64,000 nucleotides of DNA from an uncultured Arcobacteraceae bacterium (GCA_964022095.1 CAXHZO010000002.1:224001-288000), one strand, 5' to 3'. Positions 8,751 through 20,452 are shown, counted from the stretch's first letter. Notes: generated from the letters alone by a model not told the origin. A program made the numbers and translations.

Positions 8751-9245
8751 TTAAACTAGTCCAGCTGCAGATTTAATTAATTCAAGAGTTTTTTGAGGGA
8801 TAATCATTTCATTTGATAGTCTATTTTCATTGTTTTTGTAATATTTTGAATTTAAAATTATATTTATTTTATCTTCAAATTTTTGAATAACTGTTTCTTG
8901 AGTGTCTTTATCTTCAATATCTAAAAACTGTCTTGGTTCTTGATTTTGAACTCTTGCAAGTCTATGATTAAATAAATATTTATTGTCAAAGTCTTCATTT
9001 AATAGTTCACATAAAGTTTTATATACATCATCTAGTTCTGCTTCATATTTTCTATAAATGATACCTGTACTGTCATTTAAAGCTTTTGTGAAATTATCAT
9101 AATCTACAAAAAGTTCTTTTAATGTATCTTCATCAATAGAATCATTTTCAACATCAAATTTTTTTGATAGTAAATGATTACAACAATAAAAAACAACTTC
9201 TTCTTGATTTTTTTTGATATCTTCTAAGAACTTAGAAATTTGCAT
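8751..9245 (-). CDS. Hypothetical protein
   Basis: 164-aa ORF with AGGAG RBS. Confidence 0.8.
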   Translation of the reverse strand: MQISKFLEDIKKNQEEVVFYCCNHLLSKKFDVENDSIDEDTLKELFVDYDNFTKALNDSTGIIYRKYEAELDDVYKTLCELLNEDFDNKYLFNHRLARVQNQEPRQFLDIEDKDTQETVIQKFEDKINIILNSKYYKNNENRLSNEMIIPQKTLELIKSAAGLV

Positions 9246-9269
9246 AGTTTTCTCCTATATTTTATATGT

Positions 9270-9300
9270 AAAAAAAGGAGTGAAAAAACTTCACTCCTTT
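9270..9300 (-). terminator. Rho-independent terminator after pckA
   Basis: AAAGGAGTGAA-loop-TTCACTCCTTT with a U-tract on the minus strand. Confidence 0.85.
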
Positions 9301-9331
9301 ATTAATAAATCTTTTATAGGATAATTATATC

Positions 9332-10912
9332 TTAAATTTGAGGTCCTGCAGCTGTAAAATCATATTCACTCTCTAAAGTTAAGTACTTTTTAAAGTTTTC
9401 AATATACATACCTGCAAGTTTTTTTCTTGTCTCATCATAAGAAGCTTTATCTTCCCATGTATTTCTTGGGTTTAGAACTTCAGTGTCAACACCACTTAAA
9501 GTTTTTGGTATATCTAAATTGAAGATTGGTAATGTCTCAAACTCAGAAGATTCGATTGAACCGTCTAATATACCATTAATACAAGCTCTAGTATTTTTAA
9601 TACTCATTCTTGAGCCAATACCATATGGACCACCAGTCCATCCAGTGTTAACTAAGTATACATTAACATTGTGCTTGTCGATTTTTTGACCTAATAATTC
9701 TGCATATACTGTTGGGTTAAGCGGTAGGAATGCTTCACCAAAACAAGATGAGAATGTAGCAACAGGTTCAGTAATACCTCTTTCAGTACCTGCAACTTTT
9801 GCAGTATACCCACTTAAGAAGTAGTACATAGCTTGTTGTTTGTCAAGTTTTGCAACAGGAGGTAGTACTCCAAATGCATCAGCACATAAGAAAATGATAT
9901 TAGTAGGATGTCCACCTCTCATATCTTTTTTATGATTTTCAATATGGTCTAATGGGTAAGAAACTCTTGTATTTTCTGTTTTAGAGCCATCTGTGTAATC
10001 AACAACTCCATTTTCATCATATACAACGTTTTCTAAGATAGCACCTTTTTTAATAGCACCAAAAATTTCTGGTTCACTACTTTCATCAAGGTTAATTACT
10101 TTTGCGTAACATCCACCTTCGAAATTAAATATACCATTATCATCCCAACCGTGTTCATCATCACCAATTAATGCTCTATTTGGATCAGTAGATAAAGTTG
10201 TCTTACCAGTTCCTGATAATCCAAAGAATAGTGCAGTATCACCATCTTTACCAATATTAGCTGAACAGTGCATAGGAAGTTTATTCTCTAATGGAAGCCA
10301 GTAGTTCATCATTGAGAACACACCCTTTTTCATCTCACCAGCGTACCAAGTACCACCAATGATTGCAGTGTTTTCTTCAACATTAAATACTACATAAACT
10401 TCAGAATGTAAACCATGACTTGCATAAGACATATCTACAGTTTTACAACCATTGTATACTGTAAATTCTGGTTCAAAGTTATCTAACTCTTCTTGAGTTT
10501 GAGGAACGATAAACATATTTTGTATAAAATGTGCTTGCCATGCAACTTCTGTGATAAATCTAACAGATTTTCTAGAATCTAATGAAGAACCACAATACAC
10601 ATCAGTAACATAAACATCTTTATTGCTTAGTTGTTTTTTAGTGTTTTTTAATAAGTCCCCGTAAACTTCATTAGATACTTTTTGGTTAATATCTCCCCAT
10701 GCAATATATTTATTTGATGGATCTTGGTTCACAAAGAATTTATCTTTTGGACTTCTACCTGTAAAAATACCAGTATCGATCATTAAAGCGCCAGTTGAAG
10801 AGACTTTCGCCCCTTCATTTTTAACTGCATGTTGAATTAATGTATCAACGTCTGAATTTCTTCTAACTTCACCTACGTTTTCTAAACCTAATGTGTCTTT
10901 GATTTGAGACAT
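9332..10912 (-). CDS. pckA: Phosphoenolpyruvate carboxykinase (ATP)
   Basis: [36 protein letters not shown]. Confidence 0.98.
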   Translation of the reverse strand: MSQIKDTLGLENVGEVRRNSDVDTLIQHAVKNEGAKVSSTGALMIDTGIFTGRSPKDKFFVNQDPSNKYIAWGDINQKVSNEVYGDLLKNTKKQLSNKDVYVTDVYCGSSLDSRKSVRFITEVAWQAHFIQNMFIVPQTQEELDNFEPEFTVYNGCKTVDMSYASHGLHSEVYVVFNVEENTAIIGGTWYAGEMKKGVFSMMNYWLPLENKLPMHCSANIGKDGDTALFFGLSGTGKTTLSTDPNRALIGDDEHGWDDNGIFNFEGGCYAKVINLDESSEPEIFGAIKKGAILENVVYDENGVVDYTDGSKTENTRVSYPLDHIENHKKDMRGGHPTNIIFLCADAFGVLPPVAKLDKQQAMYYFLSGYTAKVAGTERGITEPVATFSSCFGEAFLPLNPTVYAELLGQKIDKHNVNVYLVNTGWTGGPYGIGSRMSIKNTRACINGILDGSIESSEFETLPIFNLDIPKTLSGVDTEVLNPRNTWEDKASYDETRKKLAGMYIENFKKYLTLESEYDFTAAGPQI

Positions 10913-10955
10913 AATTTAATTTTCCTACCTAATTTTTTTGTAATTCTATTCAAAT

Positions 10956-12290
10956 TTATTTAAAAATGGATAAAAGAACACCTGCAGCAACTGCAGAGCC
11001 GATTACACCGGCAACATTTGGACCCATCGCATGCATCAATAAAATGTTCGATTGGTCATATTTTTGTCCTTCTTTACTAACAACTCTTGCTGCCATTGGT
11101 ACAGCTGATACTCCAGCTGCACCAATTAGAGGATTAATTTGGTTCTCTTTTGAACTTAATAAGTTCATAATTTTTGCCATAATTACACCCATAGCAGTTC
11201 CTGCAGCAAATGCTAATAATCCAATTGCCATAATACCTAAAGTTTCAGCTACTAAGAATTGCTCTGAAGCTAACTTAGAACCAACACCTAAACCTAAAAA
11301 TATTGTAACAACATTAATTAATGCATTTTGCATAGTATCTGAAAGTCTATCTACAACTCCAGATTCTTTTGCAAAATTACCGAAACATAAAGCACCAATA
11401 AGTGGTGATGCATCAGGTAAGATTAATAAAGTTAATACAATAACAACTAATGGAAAAATGATTTTTTCTAACTTAGAAACTTTTCTAGTAGATTTCATTC
11501 TTCTTTTTCTCTCTTCTGTTGTAGTAAGAGCTCTCATAATTGGTGGTTGAATTACAGGCACAAGTGCCATGTAAGAATATGCTGCAACAGCAATTGCACC
11601 TAATAATTCAGGAGCAAGGGCAGAAGCAATAAATATTGATGTTGGACCATCAGCTCCACCAATAATCGAAATAGCTGCAGATTGTTGTAATGTAAAATCA
11701 ATACCTGGAAGATATTGAGATAAAACAACTGCACCAACTAATGAACCAAAAATACCAAATTGTGCTGCACCACCAAGTAGCGCAGTTTTAGGATTTGCTA
11801 ATAGTGGACCAAAGTCTGTCATAGCTCCCACTCCCATAAAAATAAGAAGTGGGAAGAACTCATTTGCTATACCCATATTATAAATAATACCTAACATTCC
11901 ATGGTCACTTGCCATGTTTGCTATTGGAATATTTGCTAATAGTCCACCAAAACCAATTGGAATTAAAAGTAGTGGTTCAAAACCTTTTTTAATTGCTAAA
12001 TAAAATAGTATAAAACAAATAATGATCATAATAACTCTACCACTACTTTGAGCAAATAGAGACATTTCATTACCATGAGCGTCTTTTACACCTTCTTGTG
12101 GATTAATAATTGCATTTAATCCCGTTGTTAAATAAAATGAATGAATAAGTTCAGTCATTGTTTTTGAATGATACTCTTTTGGTTCTGCATCAACAGGCGC
12201 TGCTGTTGATGCAAAAGTATTTGTTGATAAAATACTTAAAAACAGAAAAAGAGAAATAAAAATACTTTTTTTCATCATAACTCTAGTCAC
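10956..12290 (-). CDS. oadB: Na+-translocating decarboxylase beta subunit (true start probably ATG 12278/12275)
   Basis: [40 protein letters not shown]. Confidence 0.95.
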   Translation of the reverse strand: MTRVMMKKSIFISLFLFLSILSTNTFASTAAPVDAEPKEYHSKTMTELIHSFYLTTGLNAIINPQEGVKDAHGNEMSLFAQSSGRVIMIIICFILFYLAIKKGFEPLLLIPIGFGGLLANIPIANMASDHGMLGIIYNMGIANEFFPLLIFMGVGAMTDFGPLLANPKTALLGGAAQFGIFGSLVGAVVLSQYLPGIDFTLQQSAAISIIGGADGPTSIFIASALAPELLGAIAVAAYSYMALVPVIQPPIMRALTTTEERKRRMKSTRKVSKLEKIIFPLVVIVLTLLILPDASPLIGALCFGNFAKESGVVDRLSDTMQNALINVVTIFLGLGVGSKLASEQFLVAETLGIMAIGLLAFAAGTAMGVIMAKIMNLLSSKENQINPLIGAAGVSAVPMAARVVSKEGQKYDQSNILLMHAMGPNVAGVIGSAVAAGVLLSIFK

Positions 12291-12298
12291 CTTTACAA

Positions 12299-14095
12299 TT
12301 AACCAATTAAGGCTAATGTTTGACCTTCATCAACAGCATCTGCTGGATTTACTAAAATTTTAGTAATAGTACCTGCAACTGGAGCGTTAATGTCAATTTC
12401 CATTTTCATAGCTTCTAAGATCATAATTTGTTGATCTTGTTCAACTTTATCACCTTCTTTAACTAAAATTTTCCATACAGCACCATTTACTGCTGCAGGA
12501 ACTTCAGTTTTTCCTCCATTTAATGCAGGAGCTGCTACTGGTGCAGATTCATTTGAAGCTGCCGGTGTTACTTGAATATCAGCATTTCCTTCTGCTACAG
12601 TTACATTGAATTTTTGTCCATCTACAACTACTGTATAGTTTCCATTTGCATTTGCCATAGTGCTATTTTCTCCTTGAGTATTATTATCTTGACCTTTTCT
12701 AACATTAAGAGGTGATTCACCTTTTAAGAAAGCAATTCCTTTTTCATCACAAGCTGCAGCTATAAAGATATTTTCTTCTGAAGTTTCAATACCTTCATGT
12801 TCTAATCTTTCTTTCCATACAGAGATTTTCTTCTTTTCATCTCTATCAGCTATATCTAAAGGATTTTCTTTTGTTGGTTCTAGTTTTAGTTTTTCAGCTG
12901 CTAATGCAACTACTTCACTATCTGGCTCAACAGGAGTTTTACCAAAATATCCTAGAACCATTTTTCCATAACCAGGAGCAATCTGCTTCCATGGTCCAAA
13001 CATTACGTTTGCATAAGCTTGTTGCCAATAGAATTGTGAAACTGGAGTTACAGATGTTCCATAACCACCTTTTTCAACAACTTCTCTCATTGCTTTAATA
13101 ACTTCTGGGAATTTGTCTAATGTTCCATTGTCTCTCATCATTTGAGTGTTAGCAGTTAATGCTCCACCTGGCATTGGTGAGAATGGGATTAAAGGAGAAA
13201 CTTGTGTAGCTTCTGGTGGAATGAAATAATCACTTAAACAATCATTTAATACCTCCTGGTATTTTAAGATTTTTTCAAGTTCTAAACCACCTAAGTCATA
13301 ATTCTTGCCTTTTACAGCATGAAGCATAGTTAAGATATCTGGTTGAGATGTTCCTCCTGAAACAGGAGATGCAGCTAAATCAATACCATCAGCTCCTGCT
13401 TCTAAAGCTGCAAGATAGCATGCAACAGAAACTCCCGCAGTTTCATGTGTATGTAATCTAATATGAGTGTCATCACCAACTAGCTTTCTAGCCATTTGGA
13501 TAGTTTCATATACTTTTTGAGGAGATGATGTTCCTGATGCATCTTTGAAACAAATTGAATCATGTGGTACACCACTGTCTAAAATTTGTCTTAAAGTTTT
13601 TTCATAGAATGGTACATCATGTGCACCAACACAACCTGGAGGTAAATCCATTAGTGTTACTACAACTTCATGGTTTAATCCATATTTTTTGATACATTCA
13701 GCAGAATATTCAAGATTTTGAACATCATTTAAAGCATCAAAGTTTCTGATTGTTGTAGTTCCATGTTTTGCAAACATTTTAGCATGTAAGTCGATTAGTT
13801 CTCTAGAACCAGTATCAAGCATAACAGTGTTGATACCCCGTGCTAGGGTTTGTAGGTTTGCATCTGGACCAACAATTTCTCTGAATTTGTCCATCATCTC
13901 AAATGCATTTTCTTGTAGGTAGAAGAATAAAGATTGAAATCTTGCTCCTCCACCAAACTCAAAGTGAGTTATTCCCGCATCTTTCGCAGCTTCAACAGCT
14001 GGAAAGAAATCGTCCATTAAAACTCTACCTCCAAAGACAGATTGAAATCCATCCCTAAAAGTAGTATCCATGACGTCGATATACTTTTTAGCCAT
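12299..14095 (-). CDS. oadA: Oxaloacetate decarboxylase alpha / pyruvate carboxylase B-like carboxyltransferase with biotin carrier
   Basis: [13 protein letters not shown] metal motif, MPGG, VTPVSQ, EAMKME biotinylation motif; flanked by oadG and oadB. Confidence 0.9.
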   Translation of the reverse strand: MAKKYIDVMDTTFRDGFQSVFGGRVLMDDFFPAVEAAKDAGITHFEFGGGARFQSLFFYLQENAFEMMDKFREIVGPDANLQTLARGINTVMLDTGSRELIDLHAKMFAKHGTTTIRNFDALNDVQNLEYSAECIKKYGLNHEVVVTLMDLPPGCVGAHDVPFYEKTLRQILDSGVPHDSICFKDASGTSSPQKVYETIQMARKLVGDDTHIRLHTHETAGVSVACYLAALEAGADGIDLAASPVSGGTSQPDILTMLHAVKGKNYDLGGLELEKILKYQEVLNDCLSDYFIPPEATQVSPLIPFSPMPGGALTANTQMMRDNGTLDKFPEVIKAMREVVEKGGYGTSVTPVSQFYWQQAYANVMFGPWKQIAPGYGKMVLGYFGKTPVEPDSEVVALAAEKLKLEPTKENPLDIADRDEKKKISVWKERLEHEGIETSEENIFIAAACDEKGIAFLKGESPLNVRKGQDNNTQGENSTMANANGNYTVVVDGQKFNVTVAEGNADIQVTPAASNESAPVAAPALNGGKTEVPAAVNGAVWKILVKEGDKVEQDQQIMILEAMKMEIDINAPVAGTITKILVNPADAVDEGQTLALIG

Positions 14096-14100
14096 AACAA

Positions 14101-14343
14101 TTAACCTTTAAGATTTTTATGATGTTGCACGGCAGCTACAATAGCAGCTACTTTTGTAGTTTGATTAGATGCAGAAGAATTCTGCGGCTTCCTAGTAGTT
14201 TCTTTTCCCTTTTGAGGAAAATACTTCGATAATAGCGCACCTTGCGCTTTTAGCACGAAAATTAAAATAATTAAAAATGAGAATACAACTCCCATTCCTA
14301 ACATCATAAATTTAAATGCTTCTGTAGTTAAGTTTACTTCCAT
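14101..14343 (-). CDS. oadG: Decarboxylase gamma subunit
   Basis: GMGVVFSFLIIL TM segment and VAAIVAAVQHH tail; GGAGAG RBS before ATG 14343. Confidence 0.9.
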   Translation of the reverse strand: MEVNLTTEAFKFMMLGMGVVFSFLIILIFVLKAQGALLSKYFPQKGKETTRKPQNSSASNQTTKVAAIVAAVQHHKNLKG

Positions 14344-14614
14344 AATACTCTCCGTGGTTACCACCTGAAATATTAATGATATGATATATAAAACTAGCTT
14401 TATTAATTGTTATATTATTACTATTTTTGATTAAATTTGGGAAATTTAAAATAAATATTTATATTTATAAAACTTTATCACCAAATTCATATATTAAAGT
14501 GTCAATCTTTTGGAAAAAATCAATTACATTATTTTTAGTTTTTTTAATTTTCTGTGCCATTTTGATTCCTTTTAATTTAAATATGTCAAATTTTATACTT
14601 TTTTTGAAATACTC

Positions 14615-14643
14615 TTGAAAAATATGTCAAAATGTAATATAAT
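14615..14643 (+). promoter_or_regulatory. Sigma70 promoter of the S24 repressor with a candidate operator in the spacer
   Basis: TTGAAA-17 nt-TATAAT; the spacer holds AATATGTCAAA, repeated at 14580-14590. Confidence 0.6.
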
Positions 14644-14672
14644 TATAAAAAATCATAACTAAAAGGACTTTT

Positions 14673-15329
14673 ATGTTAATTGTTGATGAAATTATTGAAA
14701 AGTTAAAAGACATACTTAGTGCAGATGGGAAAAATGGCAAAGTTTTTGATAAAGACGTGGCTACATCTTTGAGTTTATCTCAAGCAAATTTCGCAACTAT
14801 GAAAAATAGAGGAAAAATACCTTATTCTAATATTTTAGATTTTTGTGCAAGAAAAAAAATATCGATTAACTGGTTACTATACAATCAAAATCCAGGTTCA
14901 TTAGTAGATACTACTGACAGATATTGGATTAAATACTATCCTGATGTAAATGTAAGTGCAGGGGGAGGTGCTTATGAAGCAGAAGATGAATATGAGTCAT
15001 TAGAAGTTCCTCCATATTTTATTGATGCACTTGGTGGAAAAGAAAATCTAAAAAATATTGATGCAATTAATGTTGTAGGTGATTCAATGGAGCCTACCCT
15101 TAATAGTGATAATATAATATTTGTTGATAAAACAAAAAGTGATGTAGCAAGAGATGGAATCTATGCTTTTACTACAACTCATGGTCTTTTTGTTAAAAGA
15201 ATACAAAGAAGAGTAGATGGTCATCTTGATATAATCTCTGATAATAAAGATTATCCTTCTCAGGTTTTAAGTAAAGGAGATATTTCTGTTTTAGGAAAAG
15301 TAGTAAGCTCTTTTGGAATGGTTTATTAA
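14673..15329 (+). CDS. CI/LexA-like repressor (HTH + S24 autopeptidase)
   Basis: HTH ending SINWLL, Ala-Gly cleavage site VSAGGG, catalytic GDSMEP and FVKRI. Confidence 0.9.
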   Translation: MLIVDEIIEKLKDILSADGKNGKVFDKDVATSLSLSQANFATMKNRGKIPYSNILDFCARKKISINWLLYNQNPGSLVDTTDRYWIKYYPDVNVSAGGGAYEAEDEYESLEVPPYFIDALGGKENLKNIDAINVVGDSMEPTLNSDNIIFVDKTKSDVARDGIYAFTTTHGLFVKRIQRRVDGHLDIISDNKDYPSQVLSKGDISVLGKVVSSFGMVY

Positions 15330-15333
15330 TATT

Positions 15334-16326
15334 TTAAAAAAGTGTAAGCTCTTTTTCTTGTTTTGTTAAACTAGAGTGAATATCTTTATACTCAAAGCCT
15401 ACAAGATATACTGCATTAAAGTCAACTTTTTTTAAAGTTGACTTTAAATCTTCAATATTTTTAAGTACTAATTGATTCTTCTTTATAAAATCTAGTTTAT
15501 GTGAAGTGATAAATAGTGTCTTTGCATATTTATATTTTTTATCTAAAAAATTTATTTCATTTTTAACTAAAAAGTCACTATTTTGACAAAGTACAAACTT
15601 ATCACTTTTACCAAAATCTACTAGATTTAAATTTTTATCTAAAAATAGAGGTTTAAAGTTATAGAAAGACTTTAATTTACTCATATCTAATTCATAGTTC
15701 AAAAAATTATATACAGTTATTAATTGTTGTACATAAATACTAGGTATTTTAAGTTTTGAATAGAACTGTTCATTGTAAGAAAAAGAAGTTTCAAATAGTG
15801 AGTGTTCTATTAAGTTTTGTACTTTAAATTTTTTTGTAGTATTTAAATTTTTATTATTTGGATAAATTTTATCTAATACCCCTTTATGATGGTAAACTAA
15901 AATATCATCATGGGTAATATCATTTAAAATTTTAAAGAATTTATTTAAATCATTTGGAATTAAAACAATACTTTTCTCTGAATTCGGTGCATAGATTTTC
16001 AATAAATCATATGTAGCTTTATCACAATAGTATGCTTCAAGATTTGATACAGCAAGTTTATATCTAATAAGTTTTATTAATGCAGTCTCTATATTTTCTA
16101 CTTTTATCCAAGCAATTTCTTCATCTATTATGGGATAGTCTTTATCAATTAAAATTGCGAAAGCACCATTTGAAACAGCAGCTTTTATGTCTTCATGATT
16201 TTTAGCAATAAATAAATCGCCTTCTTTGACTTTCTTTACATTAGTTTTAAAAGCGTAGATAAAAGATATAAATGGTGAATTTAATAATTCCCCATTTATA
16301 ATATCTATTATAGAAGAGATTTGCAC
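15334..16326 (-). CDS. Hypothetical protein with a MurE/MurF-like N-terminal domain
   Basis: VKEGDLFIA...AVSNGAFAILID; no P-loop. Confidence 0.7.
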   Translation of the reverse strand: MQISSIIDIINGELLNSPFISFIYAFKTNVKKVKEGDLFIAKNHEDIKAAVSNGAFAILIDKDYPIIDEEIAWIKVENIETALIKLIRYKLAVSNLEAYYCDKATYDLLKIYAPNSEKSIVLIPNDLNKFFKILNDITHDDILVYHHKGVLDKIYPNNKNLNTTKKFKVQNLIEHSLFETSFSYNEQFYSKLKIPSIYVQQLITVYNFLNYELDMSKLKSFYNFKPLFLDKNLNLVDFGKSDKFVLCQNSDFLVKNEINFLDKKYKYAKTLFITSHKLDFIKKNQLVLKNIEDLKSTLKKVDFNAVYLVGFEYKDIHSSLTKQEKELTLF

Positions 16327-18281
16327 TAGCTTATTTTTGTTCCAGTAGTTTTTTGAGTTTCTGGTCTAATTAAAGATAAACCATTTTCATCTTTTGCAGC
16401 TAAAAGCATACCTTCACTTAGCATACCCATTAGTTTTGCAGGTTTTAAATTTGCAACAACACATGCTTGTGTTCCTACTAAATCATCTGCATTGTAGAAC
16501 TCTTTAATTCCAGCTAATATTTGTCTATTTTTACCTTCACCTAAGTCAACTTGTAATTTTAAAAGTTTCTTAGATTTTGGAACTTCTTCAGCTTGTACAA
16601 TAGTTCCAATTTTTAAAGTAGTTTCAAAAAACTTATCAATAGTAATTAAATTATCTTCTTCAACTTTTTCTTCTTTTTTCTCTTTATTTTTAACTTCACA
16701 CTCAGCTTTTGTTTCATCACCAACTTCTGGTTGAACTAAAAGCAACTCTTCTATTCTTGGGAATAATTGATCTACTTTTGTAATAGTAGTTTGTGAAACT
16801 AATTCTTTGTTTTTAATTAATGAGTTATAAGTATCTGTATTTATTTTGATACCTAAAGATTGCGCAATTTTAGAGATCTTTTCAGGCATAACAGAATCTA
16901 AAAGTAGGGCAACTTTTGCAACAATATTTGTAATAAGTGCAACTAAAGCCATAGCTTCATCAGTTTTTCCTTCTTTCATTTTTGCCCAAGGTTCATAATC
17001 TCCAATTGCTTTATTTGCAATAGTTAATACTTTCCAAATTTCTTCTAAGTATCTATTGATTTGCATATTATAAAGTAAAGTTTCTAATCCATCTAAAATT
17101 ATATTTACTTCATCAAGCTCTTTCTTATGGAATTTCTCAACATCTTTTGAATCTATTTTAAAGTCAAAATATTTTCCACTCATCCCAGAGATTCTATTTA
17201 ACAAGTTTCCTAAATCATTTCCTAAATCTGAATTGATTCTATCCATTAGTGCTTTTTGTGAAAAGTCACCATCTTGACCAAAAGGAACTTCTCTTAACAT
17301 GAAATATCTAAATGCATCTAATCCATAAGCATCTGCTACTTCTTTAGGATTTACAACATTTCCTTTTGATTTTGACATTTTTTCACCATCTCTAGTCCAC
17401 CAACCATGAGCTGCAATATGTTTTGGTAGGGGTAAATCTAAAGACATTAAGAATGCTGGCCAATAAATAGCATGGAATCTTAAAATATCTTTTCCAACTA
17501 ATTGAACACTTGCTGGCCAAAAGTCCATATTATTTTCATCACTTCCATATCCAAGTGCAGTGATATAGTTCATTAGCGCATCTAACCAAACATACATTAC
17601 GTGTCTTGGTTCATTCATGTTTTCAGGAAGTTTTACACCCCAATCAAATGAAGTTCTTGAAATAGATAAATCTCTTAATCCACCTTTTACAAAGTTTACA
17701 ATTTCATTTTTCTTACTTCTTGGTAAAATGCAGTCTGGATTTTCTTCATACCATTTAATTAATTTATCTTCATATGCAGACAATTTAAAAAAGTAACTCT
17801 CTTCTTTTACAATTTGAGTTGGTCTTCCACATTCTGGACAGAATTGTTCATCAACTAATTGTTTTTCAGTAAAAAATGTCTCACAAGGAACACAGTAGAA
17901 TCCTTCATACTCACCTTTATAAATATCACCTTTTGCATGCATTTTTTCAAATGCTTGTTGTACACCAATTTTATGTTCATCATCAGTTGTTCTAATAAAC
18001 TTGTCATAAGTGATATCAAAATCATCCCATAAAGTTCTAAATTTACCTGATACTTCATCTGCATACTCTTTTGCAGTTTTTCCTCTCTGCTCTGCACTTT
18101 GAGCAATTTTTTGTCCATGCTCATCAGTTCCAGTTAGGAAATAAGTATTTGCACCTGTTAATCTAGAATATCTAGCTAACATATCGGCAATAATTGTAGT
18201 ATAAGCATGACCAATATGAGCCACATCATTTACATAATAAATTGGTGTTGTAATATAAACATTTTTACAAGATTCTTGCAT
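16326..18281 (-). CDS. metG: Methionine--tRNA ligase with C-terminal tRNA-binding domain
   Basis: TTPIYYVND.AHIGH, GTDEHG, YVWLDAL, KMSKS. Confidence 0.98.
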   Translation of the reverse strand: MQESCKNVYITTPIYYVNDVAHIGHAYTTIIADMLARYSRLTGANTYFLTGTDEHGQKIAQSAEQRGKTAKEYADEVSGKFRTLWDDFDITYDKFIRTTDDEHKIGVQQAFEKMHAKGDIYKGEYEGFYCVPCETFFTEKQLVDEQFCPECGRPTQIVKEESYFFKLSAYEDKLIKWYEENPDCILPRSKKNEIVNFVKGGLRDLSISRTSFDWGVKLPENMNEPRHVMYVWLDALMNYITALGYGSDENNMDFWPASVQLVGKDILRFHAIYWPAFLMSLDLPLPKHIAAHGWWTRDGEKMSKSKGNVVNPKEVADAYGLDAFRYFMLREVPFGQDGDFSQKALMDRINSDLGNDLGNLLNRISGMSGKYFDFKIDSKDVEKFHKKELDEVNIILDGLETLLYNMQINRYLEEIWKVLTIANKAIGDYEPWAKMKEGKTDEAMALVALITNIVAKVALLLDSVMPEKISKIAQSLGIKINTDTYNSLIKNKELVSQTTITKVDQLFPRIEELLLVQPEVGDETKAECEVKNKEKKEEKVEEDNLITIDKFFETTLKIGTIVQAEEVPKSKKLLKLQVDLGEGKNRQILAGIKEFYNADDLVGTQACVVANLKPAKLMGMLSEGMLLAAKDENGLSLIRPETQKTTGTKIS

Positions 18282-18301
18282 TCTTTACCTCTTTTATTTA
18301 A

Positions 18302-18505
18302 TTAAAATTCAAATCCACCACCAGAACCTTTGTTCATAGATTCATAGGCAGCTAGTACATATTTTTTTCTTAAGTCACATTCAAAAAAATTATCACAAGG
18401 GGTACATGACTTCAGATTATTTGATTCTTGACAATTTTTTAATTCAACTAGTTTATTATCTAGTTTTATTTGCCATTCATCAATAACTATCTCTTTATTA
18501 GACAT
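18302..18505 (-). CDS. Small 4-Cys hypothetical protein
   Basis: CQ...SCTPC...C and GGFEF tail; overlaps the fbp stop. Confidence 0.8.
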   Translation of the reverse strand: MSNKEIVIDEWQIKLDNKLVELKNCQESNNLKSCTPCDNFFECDLRKKYVLAAYESMNKGSGGGFEF

Positions 18506-19340
18506 TTTTTGCGTAAACTTCTAATACTCTATTTATTTCAGTTTTAGACCCAAAGAAACAAGGTGTTGTATCATGAATATGAGTTGTTTCAACTTCAAGG
18601 GCTCTTTTAAAGCCATCAACTGCACCACCACCAGCTTTTTCATAAGTTAAAGCAAATGGGAAAACTTCAAATAGTTGTCTTAATTTACCTTTTGGTTTAT
18701 CAGTAGTTCCCGGGTATGAAAATAATCCACCACCTTTTAATAAAATTTGGTGTAAATCAGGAACCATACCACCTGAGTATCTTAATCTATATCCATCATT
18801 AAAAATATCATCAATTAGTTGTTTATGAAATGGTGCCCAACAGTTTTGAGTAGAACCAGGAGCATTTAGCTTACCTTTTTCTTGTAGCTGTAGGTTTTGG
18901 ATAAATTCAAATTTACCATTTAAAAGTCTATACATTTTTACATCATCAGTTGCTATTACCATTTCAACTCTTGGTCCAAATACTACATAAACTGAAGCTA
19001 TAATATTTTGTGCATTAAATTCATTTTTATAAATACCATAAATAGAACCAACAGATAAGTTTACATCAACTAGTGAAGAACCATCTAATGGATCATATGC
19101 AATTAAATATTCACCATCTTCATTTAAATCTACAATTGCTTCTTGCTCTTCACTTACGATTGATTTAATTGAAGGAATAGTTTTGAAAATATCTTCAATA
19201 ATTTCATCACTTGCAATGTCAAGTTTTAATTGAGTGTCACCAGTTGAGTTCTCTTGGTCACTTTTACCTGTATCACCAGTTTCAATTAAGTGTTTAATTT
19301 TTATTGATGCTTCTTCGATAGCTTTTATAATTTCTTGCAT
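18498..19340 (-). CDS. fbp: Class 1 fructose-1,6-bisphosphatase
   Basis: [32 protein letters not shown]. Confidence 0.97.
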   Translation of the reverse strand: MQEIIKAIEEASIKIKHLIETGDTGKSDQENSTGDTQLKLDIASDEIIEDIFKTIPSIKSIVSEEQEAIVDLNEDGEYLIAYDPLDGSSLVDVNLSVGSIYGIYKNEFNAQNIIASVYVVFGPRVEMVIATDDVKMYRLLNGKFEFIQNLQLQEKGKLNAPGSTQNCWAPFHKQLIDDIFNDGYRLRYSGGMVPDLHQILLKGGGLFSYPGTTDKPKGKLRQLFEVFPFALTYEKAGGGAVDGFKRALEVETTHIHDTTPCFFGSKTEINRVLEVYAKNV

Positions 19341-19342
19341 AT

Positions 19343-19840
19343 TTATACTCTTTTCGCGTTTTTTTCTATCCAGTTGATTAAATCTTCTGGATTGTTTAAG
19401 TCTAATTTTTCAATATGATTAGGTATTTCATTATCATCTATAGTTTCATCACTTGCAATTGCATTAGTAACTTTGTAATAACTCTCATCAAGTTTATTTC
19501 TAAAAATAGAAATTCTTGGTAAATCTAAAGTTTTTAATCCTTCTACAAGTAAATAGTCAAAATCTTTAAACAATTCTATTATTTCATCAATTGTTGAAGA
19601 ATTTTTTTTCATTAATGTAGTTTTATTAGGACTTACAACTGCCACATCTGCACCTGTTTGAGAGAATTTGTGAGAATCTTTACCTGGTGTGTCAAAGTTT
19701 GCTTTATCTTTAGGGTCGTGTTTGATTATACAAACTTTAAAACCTCTATCTTGTAAGATATTAGATACTTTAACAATAGCAGTAGTTTTTCCACTATTTG
19801 ATGGTCCTGAAAAGGCAACGGCTAATCTTTTTGTATTCAT
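19343..19840 (-). CDS. mobB: Molybdopterin-guanine dinucleotide biosynthesis protein B
   Basis: [20 protein letters not shown]. Confidence 0.93.
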   Translation of the reverse strand: MNTKRLAVAFSGPSNSGKTTAIVKVSNILQDRGFKVCIIKHDPKDKANFDTPGKDSHKFSQTGADVAVVSPNKTTLMKKNSSTIDEIIELFKDFDYLLVEGLKTLDLPRISIFRNKLDESYYKVTNAIASDETIDDNEIPNHIEKLDLNNPEDLINWIEKNAKRV

Positions 19841-19975
19841 AAAATGGATTTTATCTAAATGATTGTTAAAGTATATTTAGAAAGCTGATATATTCATATT
19901 TGCTGAATAATCTGATAAATTTAGGTCAAAGTAAATTTAATGTAAAATTCCAAATATTCAAAGCTTGGAGAGTAT

Positions 19976-20452
19976 ATGTATAAAAATTTATCCCTTTTAA
20001 TTCTTGTTGTGATATTTACTTCTTGTAGTAATAAAAATAGTGCATTTGAGCATTTTGAAAATCTTTCACAAAAATCTGAAACTATACAGTTTACAAAGAA
20101 AAAAGATATACTAATTGATAATAAACCTAAAGTTTTATTTTGGGCTACACATTTAAATAAGCTAGAAAAAAATAAAGAGCTAGAAAAAGAGAGTTTTTTA
20201 GTTACAGTTTATTTTGTTGATAAAAAGTTTGATGATTTGAAAGATAGTAAATATCAACTTCTTTTAAATGATAATAAAAGTTTAAGTTTAGAAAAATTAT
20301 CTCAAGATAGTGATTATAAAGATCTTTTTATTGATAATAAGTGGGCTAGCAAGTATTTAGTTCAATTTAATAAAACAGATGATGATGTTTTTAAATTAGA
20401 ACTAAAACTTACTAATAATACTAATTGGGCGCAACTAGAGTTTGAAAAATAG
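19976..20452 (+). CDS. Lipoprotein of unknown function
   Basis: Lipobox IFTSC; GGAG RBS. Confidence 0.8.
   Translation: MYKNLSLLILVVIFTSCSNKNSAFEHFENLSQKSETIQFTKKKDILIDNKPKVLFWATHLNKLEKNKELEKESFLVTVYFVDKKFDDLKDSKYQLLLNDNKSLSLEKLSQDSDYKDLFIDNKWASKYLVQFNKTDDDVFKLELKLTNNTNWAQLEFEK

Noticed and set aside
9483-13098. Plus-strand ORFs 9483..9689, 10966..11550 and 12871..13098
   Set aside because: Antisense shadows of pckA, oadB and oadA. The same applies to the other short ORFs nested in long genes across the window.
14427-14618. 63-aa ORF in the oadG/repressor intergenic region
   Set aside because: TTG start without an RBS, low-complexity AT-rich translation, and it overlaps promoter elements. 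No Cro-like gene was found on the opposite strand.
14673-15329. Prophage marked by a CI-like repressor
   Set aside because: No integrase, structural or replication phage genes nearby; both flanks are core genes.
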